Assembly (NCBI GenBank): GCA_973895155.1
Contig: OZ316893.1
Location: 20,752,855-20,816,854 of the forward strand
Direction: 5' to 3'
Source of the DNA: Marsupella aquatica
Taxonomy: Eukaryota; Plantae; Marchantiophyta
DNA: 64,000 bases
Shown here: positions 10,250 through 23,070 of the stretch, piece after piece
Numbering within the stretch: the stretch's first letter is position 1
Layout of the letters: every line of letters begins with the position of its first letter
Notes under the pieces: generated by a model
Told to the model about the DNA's origin: nothing
The model's input: the letters and a program-made list of their open reading frames with translations, nothing else
Databases searched by the model: none
Made by a program: the position numbers and the translations under genes

Positions 10250-12577
10250 TCAGGCACCTCTCATCCGAGAACCAACAAATCCTGGATCATAGTAAGAAGA
10301 CCGATCTGACAGTAGGGTTTGTATGCGCCCTGAAAGCTCCCCTGACTTTTCATCAATCCACAGAAGAGAACTCAATTGATTGTTGAGAATACGGACGACA
10401 AGGTCCATAGGACTTGCTCCATCCGCCACATCTAGGTCTCCTCCCTGAGCCGCATTGACATTTTGAATTGTTTCTCTTAGTTTTGCCCCCAAGCGCTCCA
10501 GTTCGCCTTCTACAAATTCTGCCTGTTGGTACATCTTGTCTCTGGTTGCGGCGGCATCATCCTCCACCATACCTGGTCGTTCTTCTTGATATAACCTCTC
10601 TGCTTCTTCTTCTATACTATCAAGAGCCCTCTCAACTTCTTGCTGATGGGTCTCAATGAGCTCCAGCTGTCTCTCGAGAGTATGTTGTGATTCAACCACC
10701 TTTGCGACTTCGCTCTCTACTTTAATAAGGACATTCCGATTGCTAATAATTCTCCGATCCCATTCACCGAGTGCTTCAGCTTGCTTTCTGAACGTTGCAG
10801 TTCGAACTTGAAGCTCATCACTCCACTGCCTGATAATATCCTCTACAGCTTTGCCGGTGATTTCTGATGGAGGTCGTGGAGTACTCTGCTGCACAGACGG
10901 GGCAGCAGCACTTGTAGTGGGAGCAGTAGCAGCTGGGGTGGATGTTGCAGCTGGAGTACTAGGGGCTGCACTGGAGCTTACAGGTTGCGTTGTGGTTGGT
11001 GCAGCTGTACTGCTACTCGTCGCAAATTTGAATCCCCCAAGACCGGTAGCAGCAGAAGTCGCTGCTGCTGCTGCACTTGGCTGTGATCCTGATGCCGGTG
11101 GAGTAGAGGTGGGCAGTCCTGCCGTCTTAGGCATGGAGAAGCTGAATGACGAGGATTTTCCTCCAGTTGCTGCCGGCCCATTCGAAAATGTGAAGCCTCC
11201 TGCACTACTTGCCCCTACAGTTGAACTGGTCTGACTTGTACTGGAGCTATGTACAGCCGAGGAGAAAGTAGAAGGAGCAGAAGAAGCAGCAACACCGGAG
11301 CTAGACTGCTGCTGTGAAGTGGCTGCTGAAGGTACTGAGAAGGGAGATGGGGACGGTGTACTAGAAGGACCAAATACCGATGGCGATGCCGAGGTTGATG
11401 GGGTTGTGCCAGGGGCGGGAGGGGCAGAGGGGGCGAAGATGTTAGACGAAAGAGACTGAGTTGCCCCAAAACTCGGAGTGGGAGTGGGAGTTTGAGCTTG
11501 AGCTTGAGTTTGCGTAGATGCTGCGGGAGCAGATGCCCCAGCGAAACTGAACCCTGAGAAAGGTGCCCCACTTGAAATGCCGGAACCAAAGGGCGAAGCA
11601 GCAGCTGGTTTAGCAGGTGCACCAAACCCTAAACTAGGCATTGCTGCTCCACCAAGGACAGAAGGTCCCGAAGAGGTGGTCTGAAATCCAGACGCAGGAG
11701 GGGCCGATGGAGTAAGGGAAAATCCGGAAGCAGGGGCAGATGAAGCAATTGAAGAGAGGCCCGTAGAAGCGGAGCTGGAGGCAGCTCCAAAAAGTGAAGG
11801 CGCACTGAATCCTGACGGAGTCCCCAATGCAGGAGGAGCGGAAGGATTGGCGGGGGCCCCAAAGCCCGGGGTAGGGGCACCAAATGCGGAGCCAGAAGCA
11901 CCAGCAGAAGGATTCAACGGCTTATTCCCGAAGCTTAGAGGAGCATTGCCGAAAGCAAAGCCAGATTGGCCAGCAGACGAGGAAGAATTGAAAGCGGGCG
12001 AAGCACTTGCTCCAAAGGCAGGGGTAGAAGATGGAGCACCAGCAGGGGCAGAAGTCTGGGAGAATGGACTAGAGAGGGGATTAGATGGCGCACCGAACAT
12101 TGAGGGCCCCGCCGCAGATGACTGAGAGAAAGAAAACCCGGATGGGGTAGCAGCAGCCGAAGAAGCGGACATGGGTGGGGTAGCAGCAGCCCCCCCTCCA
12201 AAGATTGACGCCGTCACTGGAGCACCAAAGCCTCCACCACCACCAGTCGACGCTCCAAACGGACTCGGTGATGCGGCTGGTGATGCGGCCGGTGCTGCTG
12301 CCCCTCCAAACCCAGGAACGGCACCAAGCGAGCTCCCAAATGCTCCACCAAAACTTCCCGCGCTCGTGGGAGTGGCAGCAGCAGCTCCGCCCGTCGCACT
12401 CCCGAATGAGAAGGCAGTAGGAGGATTCGACGACGCAAACAAACCTCCCGTGGGCTGCGTCGATACTGCACTCGATGAAGCAGCAGCGCTACCGCTCCCG
12501 CTGCCGAAGACTGAACCAGTTCCAAACGAGAACGACGAGAATCCGCCCCCGGACGACGCTCCCCCAAACCCCGCCAT
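10250..12577 (-). CDS. NUP62: Nuclear pore complex FG nucleoporin Nup62/Nsp1, single exon, 775 aa
   Basis: N-terminal FG/FSFG/GFSF repeats, a Ser/Thr/Ala linker, and a C-terminal Nsp1-type coiled coil (ITGKAVEDIIRQWSDEL...FRKQAEALGEWDRRII...LELIETHQQEV...LVVRILNNQLSSLLWIDEK). Confidence 0.95.
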   Translation of the reverse strand: MAGFGGASSGGGFSSFSFGTGSVFGSGSGSAAASSSAVSTQPTGGLFASSNPPTAFSFGSATGGAAAATPTSAGSFGGAFGSSLGAVPGFGGAAAPAASPAASPSPFGASTGGGGGFGAPVTASIFGGGAAATPPMSASSAAATPSGFSFSQSSAAGPSMFGAPSNPLSSPFSQTSAPAGAPSSTPAFGASASPAFNSSSSAGQSGFAFGNAPLSFGNKPLNPSAGASGSAFGAPTPGFGAPANPSAPPALGTPSGFSAPSLFGAASSSASTGLSSIASSAPASGFSLTPSAPPASGFQTTSSGPSVLGGAAMPSLGFGAPAKPAAASPFGSGISSGAPFSGFSFAGASAPAASTQTQAQAQTPTPTPSFGATQSLSSNIFAPSAPPAPGTTPSTSASPSVFGPSSTPSPSPFSVPSAATSQQQSSSGVAASSAPSTFSSAVHSSSTSQTSSTVGASSAGGFTFSNGPAATGGKSSSFSFSMPKTAGLPTSTPPASGSQPSAAAAATSAATGLGGFKFATSSSTAAPTTTQPVSSSAAPSTPAATSTPAATAPTTSAAAPSVQQSTPRPPSEITGKAVEDIIRQWSDELQVRTATFRKQAEALGEWDRRIISNRNVLIKVESEVAKVVESQHTLERQLELIETHQQEVERALDSIEEEAERLYQEERPGMVEDDAAATRDKMYQQAEFVEGELERLGAKLRETIQNVNAAQGGDLDVADGASPMDLVVRILNNQLSSLLWIDEKSGELSGRIQTLLSDRSSYYDPGFVGSRMRGA

Positions 12578-13097
12578 CGTTCGGGACTCTCTTTCTTGCT
12601 ACAAAAATCTCGCTCTCTCCCTCCGTTCGTCCGTCCGCAATCTCGATCGTGTGGAAAGGTCGATCAGTATTATTACGTCGCGTTCACATTCTCGCGCAGC
12701 TCCAAGACCTCCTCCTCCATCGCTTCTTTGCAACGACGTTCATTCGTACTCTTCGTAATCCGATACAAGCGCAAAACCACTCCAGAGTCGACATACGAAG
12801 ACTGGAGTCGACGTAACAATAATGAACCCTAACGTAAACCCTTCGTCGGACTTTGAATCCCAGACCGTCATCGCTCGCATTTGTTTGTGTTGTAGAAGCG
12901 GGAAAAACTCCAATTTCGACGGAAATCAGCTTGTCAGTTGCCTCGTGTACGGGGGACCTCTCTCTAACTACACACGCTCCCGGGAAGAAGCTTTCGGTGT
13001 TCACGTACGTCTGGTATTGCATGATGGTTAGGTATAGGGATAATGTATATAGTTAAGGTCGTCGGGTGCCTCTTTATGAGGTACTAGCTCAATACAT

Positions 13098-13625
13098 GTG
13101 CGTTGCACAAAAGAAGTTGTGTCGGTCAAGATGTCGTTGAGAAAAATGATGTCATGTCAGCCAAGAGGTCGTGAAGAGAAATGTCGTGTCACCCAAGAGG
13201 TCGTTGAGAGAAAAGATGTTGTGTTGGCCAAGAGGTTGTTGAGAGAAAAGAAGTCATGTTGGCCAAGATGTCGTTGAGAAAAAAAGATGTGTCGGCCAAG
13301 AGGTCGTGGAGAGAAATTATGTCAAGTCGCCCTAAAGTTCTTTCATTGAGAGAAAAGAAGTCGTTGAGAAAAAAAGTTTTTGTGTCAGCCAAGAGGTCGT
13401 TGAGAAAAAAGATGTCGTCTTGGCCAAGAAGTCATTGAGAAAAAAGATGTCGTGTCGGCCAAGATGTCGTTACAAAAAAATTGTCATGTCGGCCAAGATG
13501 TTGTTGAGAAAAAAAATGTCGTGTCGGCAAAGACATCCTTGAGGGAAAAGATGTCGTGTCGGCCAAGACATCGTTCTGGAAAATACCCGTGCGTTGCACA
13601 AAAGATGTTGTTAAGAAAAAAAATT
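13098..13625. repeat. ~36-bp minisatellite array (about 14 degenerate copies)
   Basis: Consensus approximately GTGTCGGCCAAGA(T/G)GTCGTTGAGAAAAAAAGATGTC. Bounded by the direct repeat GTGCGTTGCACAAAAGA(A/T)GTTG at 13098 and 13589. Confidence 0.9.
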
Positions 13626-14719
13626 GTTCCTTTCAAACCTTAACCTCCCCCTTTTTCCCTTTTCCTATTTTTGGTCTTCTCTTTTTCACATTCACCATCA
13701 CTCCACTCGTTCACCGCCCCCCTTCCCCACCCATGTGAGATCGAGGGGCTACCCTACATTGCGAGTGTGCCCCTCACCTGAGACCTTGCCATTAACACCC
13801 ATGCCATGCGCTTCACTATGTCTTTGGGCCTTATTACTTTTGTTTTTTTGGCATTGAAAATGACTCTGCAAATGAATGTAAAAATCACCACAAATATTGG
13901 GAGAACAGTTTTTTATTGATCTAATGACTAAAATGTTATTAGTAATTAAATTACTTTTAGGGACTCTTACCAGTATTATACAAACTTATGATGCACACAA
14001 TATTGAAATATGTACAATGAATATATACAATACAAATTTGTATGTGAATATGTACAATATTTATTGCAAGAATGTATACTCCTTGATGCTTGTGCATTGA
14101 TTCTTGTGCATTGTGTTAAAGTCTTTCCCTTCTTTTTTTGTGTGCCTCGTGTGATTATTCTTGCTTGTCTTGGGCACCGTGCAACTTTTTGTGACTCACA
14201 CTAAACTCAATTCACACTTTGGCTTTATTGCTTACCTTTGACCAGATTTTTTAATTTTTGTGCCCTGCAAATTTGAATGACGACCACTTTAAAAAGTGGC
14301 GCAACTGTGTATTATAGTTCTTGATTTCGGTCGACCGTATATGGTCGATCCGCGTATGCGGGGAGACCATATGCAGGAGACCAAATACACGCATAAAGAG
14401 GTGAGCAGGCGCCCTTAGCTTCACGTTAAGGTAGTCTGGGTGATTTAACACTGATTAATCCACTTTGGATACCTCCCTGCGTGATGAGCTGGATAGCTTC
14501 CCGCTAGATGAGCTGCATAACCCAGCTGGTCCATGTAATGGAGACCGTATGTCAACGGTATAAAAATATGGTATATTTTAATGGAATATAATCAAGACCA
14601 AATGTGCTAACGTGTCAGCAGCCTAAAGCCTCAAAATACTAAAACCTACCCAGACGACCTTAACGAGTATCTAGGGAGGTGGGTTACTGTAAATTGTAAC
14701 CATGTACCATGTGACCTGA

Positions 14720-14915
14720 AAATGAACACAAGTTGAATGAGGTAATGTCAGTGTGAAAATGTATCAATGTTACACAAGTTGAGTGAGGTAATGTTGTGTT
14801 AAAGTGCATCAATGTTACACAAGTTGAATGAGATAGTGTCGTGTTAGAGTGAATTCATGTTAGATGTTACGCAAGTTAAATGAGGTAGTGTTGTGTTAGA
14901 GTGCTTCCATGTTAC
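14720..14915. repeat. ~45-50-bp tandem repeat, about 4 copies
   Basis: TGTTACACAAGTTGAATGAGGTAATGT...GTGTTA.AGTG recurs. Confidence 0.8.
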
Positions 14916-16364
14916 TAGTTGTATTGTAACTGCAGACCTTTTTGATGAATACTCTTGTTATCTTATTAACTATTTACTTGTATATAGAAATAAAAAAGAA
15001 AACATCGTATCTACTCAATCACAAAGTGAATCTAAGATAACCTAATCTGTAATGTAATGCGCTTTACTAAAATGGACAAAAAATTGCAGGGCAGTAATGT
15101 AAGCGATATTCAATGATAAAAAATTGATTGCAGTTTATGCAATTGACAAAATAATCAATTACATAACAATCATCTTTATGTAACTGACAACCACCGCTAA
15201 GCAAGAAGTCTTGAACTATAACCAGATTCACTTCAAAGTTGAAGTGAATGAAACAGACCCAAGAGGTATAACCTCTAGCTTGAGGGTTTCAGTTTCACAA
15301 AAATGACATCACGTGCAATGAACTATATGAAGGTCATTTTATTGATTCGACAAGAAGACTGAAAAATTTTCTCAGAAGAACATTAGAGTATTTTAAATCC
15401 AATTTTGAGACTTATAAGAACATCAGGGTCTATTTAATCCAATTCCAACTTATAGGAGTTAAAAAATTAAAAAAAACTTCTTAGATCAGTTAGAGGATCC
15501 AAGGTCTAAAAACATTGCAGGTGATGGGGAGGCTTCCATATAGTGAGACCCCTGAGCCCTCTAGACCCCAAGAGATGAGAATGTCTCCGATAAGGAACTC
15601 TACAAGGACCTCTCAACCAATTGATGAATCTCACTAAAGTTGAAACAGTGAAATACACAATTAGGATGACCACAAACTGGACTAATTTGCCAACTAACTA
15701 CTCTGAATATTATTCTTAGCTTATCTACTATTGTCATCTCCAAAATTGTAGCAAGATGAAGCTTTCCTGACAAAAACTAATTTAGGGGGTGGGGGGGACG
15801 GAAGCAAACCTGCCACATGTCAACTTGTTTCCAGGTGCAAGTTTACAGCCTGGTAATCCCTCCCCTGTGCACACCTTTATTATGCTATACTTAAAAGAGC
15901 GTTTGCTGTATGTTTTTTAAGTGCAAAACATTGTGTTTATCTGTAAGTGCATAGTGATAGTGTGACAGTACAGTGTTGCAACCTGCAATGGGCCCTCTGT
16001 CACTCCTTGGCTTCCTTCCAAAGTTGTACATCCCTGCCCTAAATATGCCCTACCTGATAAGTGCAAAAATTTTACTTTACGGTGAAATGACTTGGACTTA
16101 ACAATATTTTACGTGGAAAAAATTGTGCGCTTCCCAGTAGTGTGCATAAATCCTTATAGAGGGTCTGCACTTATGTCTTAGTTCTTTGGTGCAGCCTCTT
16201 TGCACTTGTAAACAGTGTAGAGAAAATGCCACATAGTTGCACAAAGGGAAGAACAACACAGTTGCAATTATCCAAGTTTTGCATTTATGGAGAGGTCACT
16301 CTCTCCAGTCTAGAATGTACCCTAAGTTATTTACCTTGTACCTGTGCTGGCAAAAGGTCTCAAA

Positions 16365-16658
16365 TATTAGGTATTGTTCTTAGTCTTGTGACTCTATAGC
16401 TAACCATAGTTAGTCTAACTCAGGGTTAGGACTTAGCTAAGGTTAGCGGTAGTGCTGTTGTGTATATAGCCAAGGCTGGTGCCAGTCCTTGGTGGATCTT
16501 CAGTTCATTGTTGGAGTTGAGCAAGAGAGAAGTAAAGGTCTCTTGCTTTCCCGTGGATGTAGCCTCGGTCATGAGGTGAACCACGTACTCGCTCTGTCGA
16601 CTACTTTGTATGGTGTTCTCATGTGCATGGTGGCTCGGGATAGGGATTATCCCCAACA
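16365..16658 (+). mobile_element. Solo LTR related to 5310-5652
   Basis: Runs TATTAGG...CCCCAACA with a 4/5 TSD (TCAAA/TAAAA). U5-like CCCGTGGATGTAGCCTC...TGAGGTGAACCAC is similar to the first copy. Confidence 0.55.
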
Positions 16659-17739
16659 TAAAATAGAATCACATGTGAGAGGTTATAGCTAAGCTTTAGT
16701 TCCTTTGAGGATTCATTAAACCTCTACTGGCAAATTAAGTGCGGAGCTTCTTTTTAAGTTGTTTGTTTTGTTTGATGCTCAAAGTAAGTTATGGCTTCAC
16801 TTGACAATTTCTCAAACTTTGAGTTTTATGGCAAGTTTCTACTATCAATGGAGAGTTTATCAAATAAGCTTTCTAATGATACCACATTTTGCACCCTAAC
16901 AAAAAATGGTTAGTGAGGAATAATTGTGCAAAGATGGAGTCTCTCAAGTTAGGCTTAAAGTTTAGGGTGTCTTCAACTCCTCCCCACATTCTAGTTTGTA
17001 TTTTGCAGTGCACCTGGTGTCATGCTTTGGGCATGTGCAAACGCCCTAGAGAGGTTTGCAACTACCAAACGTCCAAAAACTTTTAAAAATATTTGTTTCC
17101 TGTGTTGTCCCCCAAATTGAAAGACAATTGTAACCTGTTCCTCAAACTAAAGTAGTTATGCACAACTGATCCAGCTGTACCCTGTCCAAACCACAGCAGC
17201 AGCCCACAATTGCCCCTGCACTAAACATTGCGCACATTTCACTAAGAATATGTGCTGTCCAGCCAAGCCAATGTCTGCCCTACTGTTGGGTCAACATGTA
17301 GCAACAATTTGTAGTTTTTCCTTGATGAAAATTGAGGGGTAAGACAAATAGGCAGGGTCCAAAATTTGACAAGTACCAGGCATGCAGCTAGCAACTTGAG
17401 CATCTCTTGCCCATGTGCAAGATGGGAAAGGGCCAGCCTGGTTTAGGGCAATGTTGATTGGAGTCTGGCAGGACCAATTGTGCCTCACCACATGGCACTG
17501 GATCAACTAAGGGGCCCTCAGATTAACTACAGCCATTTAGTTAACTCCACATATGAAATGAGGGTGATAGTGACAATTAGAATAATTTTGGTGGAACGGT
17601 TGCAAATTTCAATCAGTTTTGGGACAAGTTTGTAAAAATCTGAATAAAAAATCAGACTTGAGTAATGTTTCAAAATCTCTAAAGTAATAAGGAGTCTAAA
17701 ATTTTCCAAATTGTGGATTATGGCTTTTGGCCATATAGA

Positions 17740-17945
17740 AACCACCATATATAGCTTTTTCCACACATGTTATGTAAAATTTTATTTTTTTCACAAGCTT
17801 CTCCAGTGACTCATGGTCATGTCATGAGAGTATGAGACCAAACTTGATGGAAAAAGTTATGGACCATGAATTTGGTATTCCATAAGTTTTCCTGTCCCTA
17901 AGTTAACTAAGCTAAGGTCCATCAAAATTGAGTTTTTAGACCCCC
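17740..17945. repeat. Interspersed repeat shared (inverted) with about 53280-53700
   Basis: GGTCCATCAAAATTGAGTTTT (about 17917) versus AAAACCTCAAATTTGATGGACC (about 53287). Related ATGGA.CATGAAT...CCAT blocks occur at both sites. Confidence 0.45.
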
Positions 17946-19275
17946 TAATGGAGCCCTTTCACTTTCACGAGACCAACTTGCCCCCATGAGAGGCCCTTAC
18001 CAGCATTTTTTTAGTGGCAAAAATTACCAGATTCCACCCCCCAAAAAAGCTTTAGCCACTTTTAACAAAAAATTGCTAGTTTTGCAATGTTTCATTAGCC
18101 AGTATCCCACATAATTACAGGCTCCATTAGCCAAAATCTAATGGTAATCCTTAAATCTAGGGGCATCTGACGGTCAGGAAAATAAGATAAAGAATATTTT
18201 CACATGCAAAACAGTAAAAACCTTAACAAATAAGCTGGCCCTTACTATTATTATTACTCGACACATCAGCCTGGGTCCCGCAATTGTGGGAGATTCCAGG
18301 GCCCACCCAGAAATCTGTCCGGGGACCCGTGGCCCGGGGACAGATTCTGTTTAGCAGACTGCAGTTACAGTTACAGTTCAGCACAGCACCACAGTCCGTC
18401 ATAGAAGCACGGGCGGTGGTCCCGTGACTCCTTCGCGTCCAGGGAATGCGCATTAACGCCACGGTTCCATGGACGTTCCCACTCCCACGCAGAATGGCCA
18501 GGACGACACTAGTGAGAGATTCGTTTGCTTTGCAAAAAGCTCGAGTCTCGAGATCCATTCTCACACCATTGACAGTTCAGTTGACTCTGTTTTTCATGAG
18601 TAAAAAGTGGTTTCATTCCGACTCTTTCCTCACTCAGGAATGGGGAGATTGATTGTGTTATGGAAGCTTCAGTGTGCAGAAGAATTGCCGACGTGACATC
18701 GAAGAAGCGGGCTGGTAACACAGTATAATCGAAAGAGGGACAGTAGGGTCGTGCGGAGGAGGAGGATCTCAGTGAGTCTACAGTTTCGCTGCAGGATTAT
18801 TTTATGGGAAAGGCTTTTGGCGGTTGGAGTTTGAGAAGGCGTTGGAAGCTGGTGTCCGGGGCACATTGGCGAGAGCTATGAGACTCGGCGACTGTGATCG
18901 ACTCTTCTCATCCGGAAAGCAGCGATTCCTCCGAACGCTGCGGCCTCTTTTGCCTTTCCAATTTGGAGTTTCTCACTAGCTCGTCCCCTGTTGAGCGACT
19001 GATGATACTTTTACAAGCTCGCTCGTCCGTTCAGATGAGCTAGCGATGGTTTGTAAGCTCGCTCGCCTCGACCGAACGACAGTCGTGGCGCACTGCGTGA
19101 GCGAGAGAGAGCAAGCTCGCTCGCGGAGCGCGCAGGAGAAGAGGGGGAATAGGTATTTCGGAGTGTGGTTTGTCACCGGAATTGTTCGTCCGACAGGGCA
19201 AGTGACACTGTAGGACGGAAGGAGGAGAGGGGGAGGGAATTTGTATAATACAGCAGAAGCAGAGGCAGCAGCAGA

Positions 19276-22269
19276 ATGGCAGGGGACTTGATTGGGGAGG
19301 AGGTGCTGGAGCATCAGCATGGAAAGGCCCGAGTGCGAGTGGCGAGGAAGTGGCAGGGTCCAGCAGGGACTCAAGTGATTGTGGAGTGGTCAGTCTCCAT
19401 TTCACTCTCGTCTACAGCCCTGCCTGCGTTCACGTCAGGAGATAATTCCGCCATTGTGGCGACCGACACCATTAAGAACACGGTTAGCTCTCGTTCTTCA
19501 TTGCTCTTCGATTCAGCTCGGGATTGGGGCTGTAGACGAGCTCATGAGGATCAGAATTCCTTCTCGCAGCTTGGAGTAGAAGAATGTAACCGGACGCCAG
19601 TTGAAGTAGATGGAAATTATACCTCTTCCAGCTGCAGTTAGACACAACCGTTCGTAATGTACCGTGGTAGTGCAGCGGCGGGCCGATTGTCACGCAGCAG
19701 ATGGTGTGCTATTAGCATTGATTTAAGCTCTACAGATGACTCGTCTCACACAAGTTACTGCAATTGAGTAAATTTGGGAGTGGATTGGATGTAATCACAG
19801 GAGTCTTGTGCGAGTGACCTTGGAATCCTGTTCTCCCTCGTCCCTTAACGTGTTAGTTTTGGCCCAGAATGAGCATCGTTTTGTCAAGTAATTTGTACTA
19901 GCAATTTCTTCTCACATCATTCCCGGCTGACTAACACACACTGATTGGCTTTCCACAGGTCTATGTAATGGCCAAGAAATGCACGCAGCGTCTCACGATT
20001 GAAGAGTTTGGGACCGTGATCGGGAAACATTTCGTGTCTACATATCCCGAGGTGCCTTTACGAGTTATTTTCGATCAAATAGTTTGTCAAGTTGTTCATG
20101 GGCTTTTCTTGAGGATGGGCAAAAATTTCTCATTGTAAGTTCCTGTTGTTAGTCGTTTCTTGGGGTCGATCTAAGTCACACCTTTGTAAAGCCGTTGCAC
20201 TCAATTTGACACTAATGCCGTGAGAGGTGCCGTAAGTAATTTCTGTGTAAAGTAGGAACTATGAATCGGCTGCTTTCTCCCGTCTCTTGTTAGGAGGTCA
20301 ACGTGCTCTTAGGAGTCGTGTTGGTGGAATTTCCCCAAGAATAAAAGTCGTTGGCTAATGGGTGCAAGCGTTGTTCTACTGTTGCAGGTATCAGCTGCCA
20401 AGGTAACTCTTATGGAAAAGCCATGGGAGCGAGTGAGTATTGACGGGAAGCCACACGAGCATGGTTCGTTCCCTGTCCTTGATGAGCCAAGTTGTGACGC
20501 CATTTGACAGCGACTGAGTCCAATAGGAGCCCCACACAGGAATCTTTGTATCTCTAGTCAGATTTGAGATATGTCAACTTAGCTAGCCTCATTCTGAGGC
20601 TGCGTCTAATGGATAGAGATAGACATATGGTGATGACTTGCTACCTCTGCCAGGATTCAAGCTCGGATCGGAGAAGCGGACAGCGGAGGTATACACGACC
20701 AAAGATGGAAGCAGGAAAGTGAAGTCTGGCATTCAAGAACTCATTCTGCTCAAGACCACGCAGGTCTGGAAAGCTCATAACTGTGTCCGTTTTGTTTATC
20801 TGTTGTTCCAGTATTACCTTTGATATTGTTCCTCTTTGTATATAATAATACTTGGGAGTTGTTCGTCAGGTATGTCCACTGTGTTGACAATTCTTGCATT
20901 TTGCAGTCAGGATTTGAGGGGTTTATTCATGATAAGTATACCATCCTTGCTGATACCAAGGAGCGAATGATGGCCTCGTCGGTTCGTGCAATCTGGAGGT
21001 ATGGACATTGAATGCTAGAGGCAGGATGCTTAGGAGATAGATTATGATTCAAGTATATCAAGCGTCGTTTGATTGCCTTTCTTTTGGCCTTCCGTACCTT
21101 TACTTCTTTAGGTTCCCATGTCATGAAGTGGTTGAGAAATTTGGAGTTAGCCTTTGCTTCCTCTCGAGACGTACGAAGACTATTTGGTTGTTTTCCCCCG
21201 TAAGAAGCGAGAAGATTTTTGACATTTAAAGCTTTTTCTATATCGGGAGCTTGATCGCCACAGGCACATGCATTATTCGGTTAATATCAATTGGGATTCC
21301 AAATTATGGCTTACCAGCTTCAATTTCTAAAGCCTGTTCTAAGTCTTATCTCATTGTGGCCCCAGTTACTCCGGAAAACCCTCAAGCTATGAGGATGCTT
21401 ACGTGGCAGTCAAGAGTGCGCTGATGAGTCAATTTTTCGGACCGATCCAAGGCGGTGTGTATAGCCCTTCTGTTCAGAACACTTTGTACACTATGGCGAA
21501 GGAGGCACTCGTAAAGTATGTGTCAAGACTCTCGCTTTTGCCTTGGCCATGTCCTTTCATAATTTACTGTTAGTTCCTACCTGTGACTTTCAAAACAGGT
21601 AGTTTGTCCGTCCTGTTGCGTGTTAAGTTGTCGGATTAATTGGTCGTTATCTATTTTCCCTTTAGCTTTCATTGGGTTATAGCAGAAGGTCCTGAAATTG
21701 ATCTGGTCAATTATACTTTGGAAGTCTTGCTGTCGCACGTGCTTCCAAAGGTTGAATGTGGCGGCCATAGCCGGCAGTTGAAGTGAGAGTGATACTAAGC
21801 ATTTTTTTGCTTTATGGCTGCCGTATTTCTGCAGGGTTCCAGAAGTGGAGTCGATCTATTTAAACATGCCAAATATTCATTTCTTGCCAGTGAATTTACC
21901 ATCAATTGGTGTTAAGGTGAGCTTCACTTGCATCAACTGATCTACGCGTTCTGTTGATAAGAATTGTGTGCTATAGATCTCTAGTACATGCAGCTGAGTT
22001 TTTGCTCGCCTTATAGGAGTAGAAATCCAGTAGTTTGACCGTGCTGTTGACTTCCCGTCCACAGCTAAGCATTCTCTAACCTGGAACGACATATGGTCAC
22101 TATCTCGTACTAAGTTTGTTAGTCCCTAACGATCGATCCTTTCCTGATTACTGTACTACTTGTATCTGTACAGTTCAAAGACGACGTTTACCTGCCAACC
22201 GATGAGCCACATGGATCAATCGAAGCATCCTTGACAAGGAAAGGATTGTTGCCAGTCGCCAAGTTATGA
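19276..22269 (+). CDS. UOX: Urate oxidase (uricase), peroxisomal, 8 exons
   Basis: Exons 19276-19482, 19959-20051, 20388-20463, 20654-20763, 20907-20998, 21366-21515, 21835-21916 and 22174-22269, all GT-AG with consistent phase. Motifs HGKARVRV, IVATDTIKNTVY, LLKTTQSGFEGF, YSPSVQNTLY, MPNIHFLPVNL, DDVYLPTDEPHGSIEA. C-terminal PTS1 is AKL. Confidence 0.97.
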
Positions 22270-23070
22270 TGAAAGTATTATGTTGTGATGTAACCTTTGA
22301 GGAGGACAGCACAATTTTGTGCTAATTTTGTCACTTTGTTGACGGCAGGGTAGGGCATTGATGCCATACCGTAAACTGCCTCTGCTTGAGAGAGACGTGG
22401 CAATTATGTGTGACATATAGGCTGATTACTTTGTTTAGAAAGTTAGTGCAGAAACAGGGTTTGAAAGCATTGGTTTCTGACCTCTCCTTTTCTACAAGTT
22501 AGTCCTATAGAATGCTGTCAACGATTGTAGATGGCTTTTAAACGTCAGGTTAGTTCCTCACGAGTTCGAGATTTTGCTGTTGTATATTTACTTTTGGAAA
22601 GTAGCAAGGATTACGTACATATATTCGTGTGTTATGTTTATATGCATGGTTTTAAGCGACAGTGTAGTGCCTCACGAGCAGGGGTCAGCCATTATTAAAG
22701 TCCAATCACCTTTTTTGACACATTTTAATATCATTTTTATACGCTCTTTCGAAAAAGTGACAAGCATGATACAGATTCCATTCCAACTCAAAGAGTGTAA
22801 TTAGTTTGTTATGTTTGCTCGTGTCTGCTTTCCAAATTCGAAAATGAATTGGTTTCTAGGTTCTAGTGCAAGATGGTGCTGTACCCATCAAGCTACATTA
22901 CTTGGAATCTTTCTCTCAGCTTATTCTCTGTAAGAAACTTGAGGCAAACCCTTTTTCTAATCGTTCAGAAAAGGTTTATTTCTCTTGCAATCGCATGAGA
23001 ATTATGATCGCAATTGTCAGATGCAGGCTGAACGTGGTGACTAGTCTTAACTCATGCACAAGAGTTGTAC

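Noticed and set aside
10468-12816. Many overlapping ORFs over NUP62
   Set aside because: Antisense or alternative-frame shadows of GC-rich low-complexity coding sequence.
13098-13625. CRISPR-like regular repeats
   Set aside because: Units abut with no unique spacers, the context is eukaryotic and there are no cas genes. The K/R-rich ORFs here are repeat artefacts.
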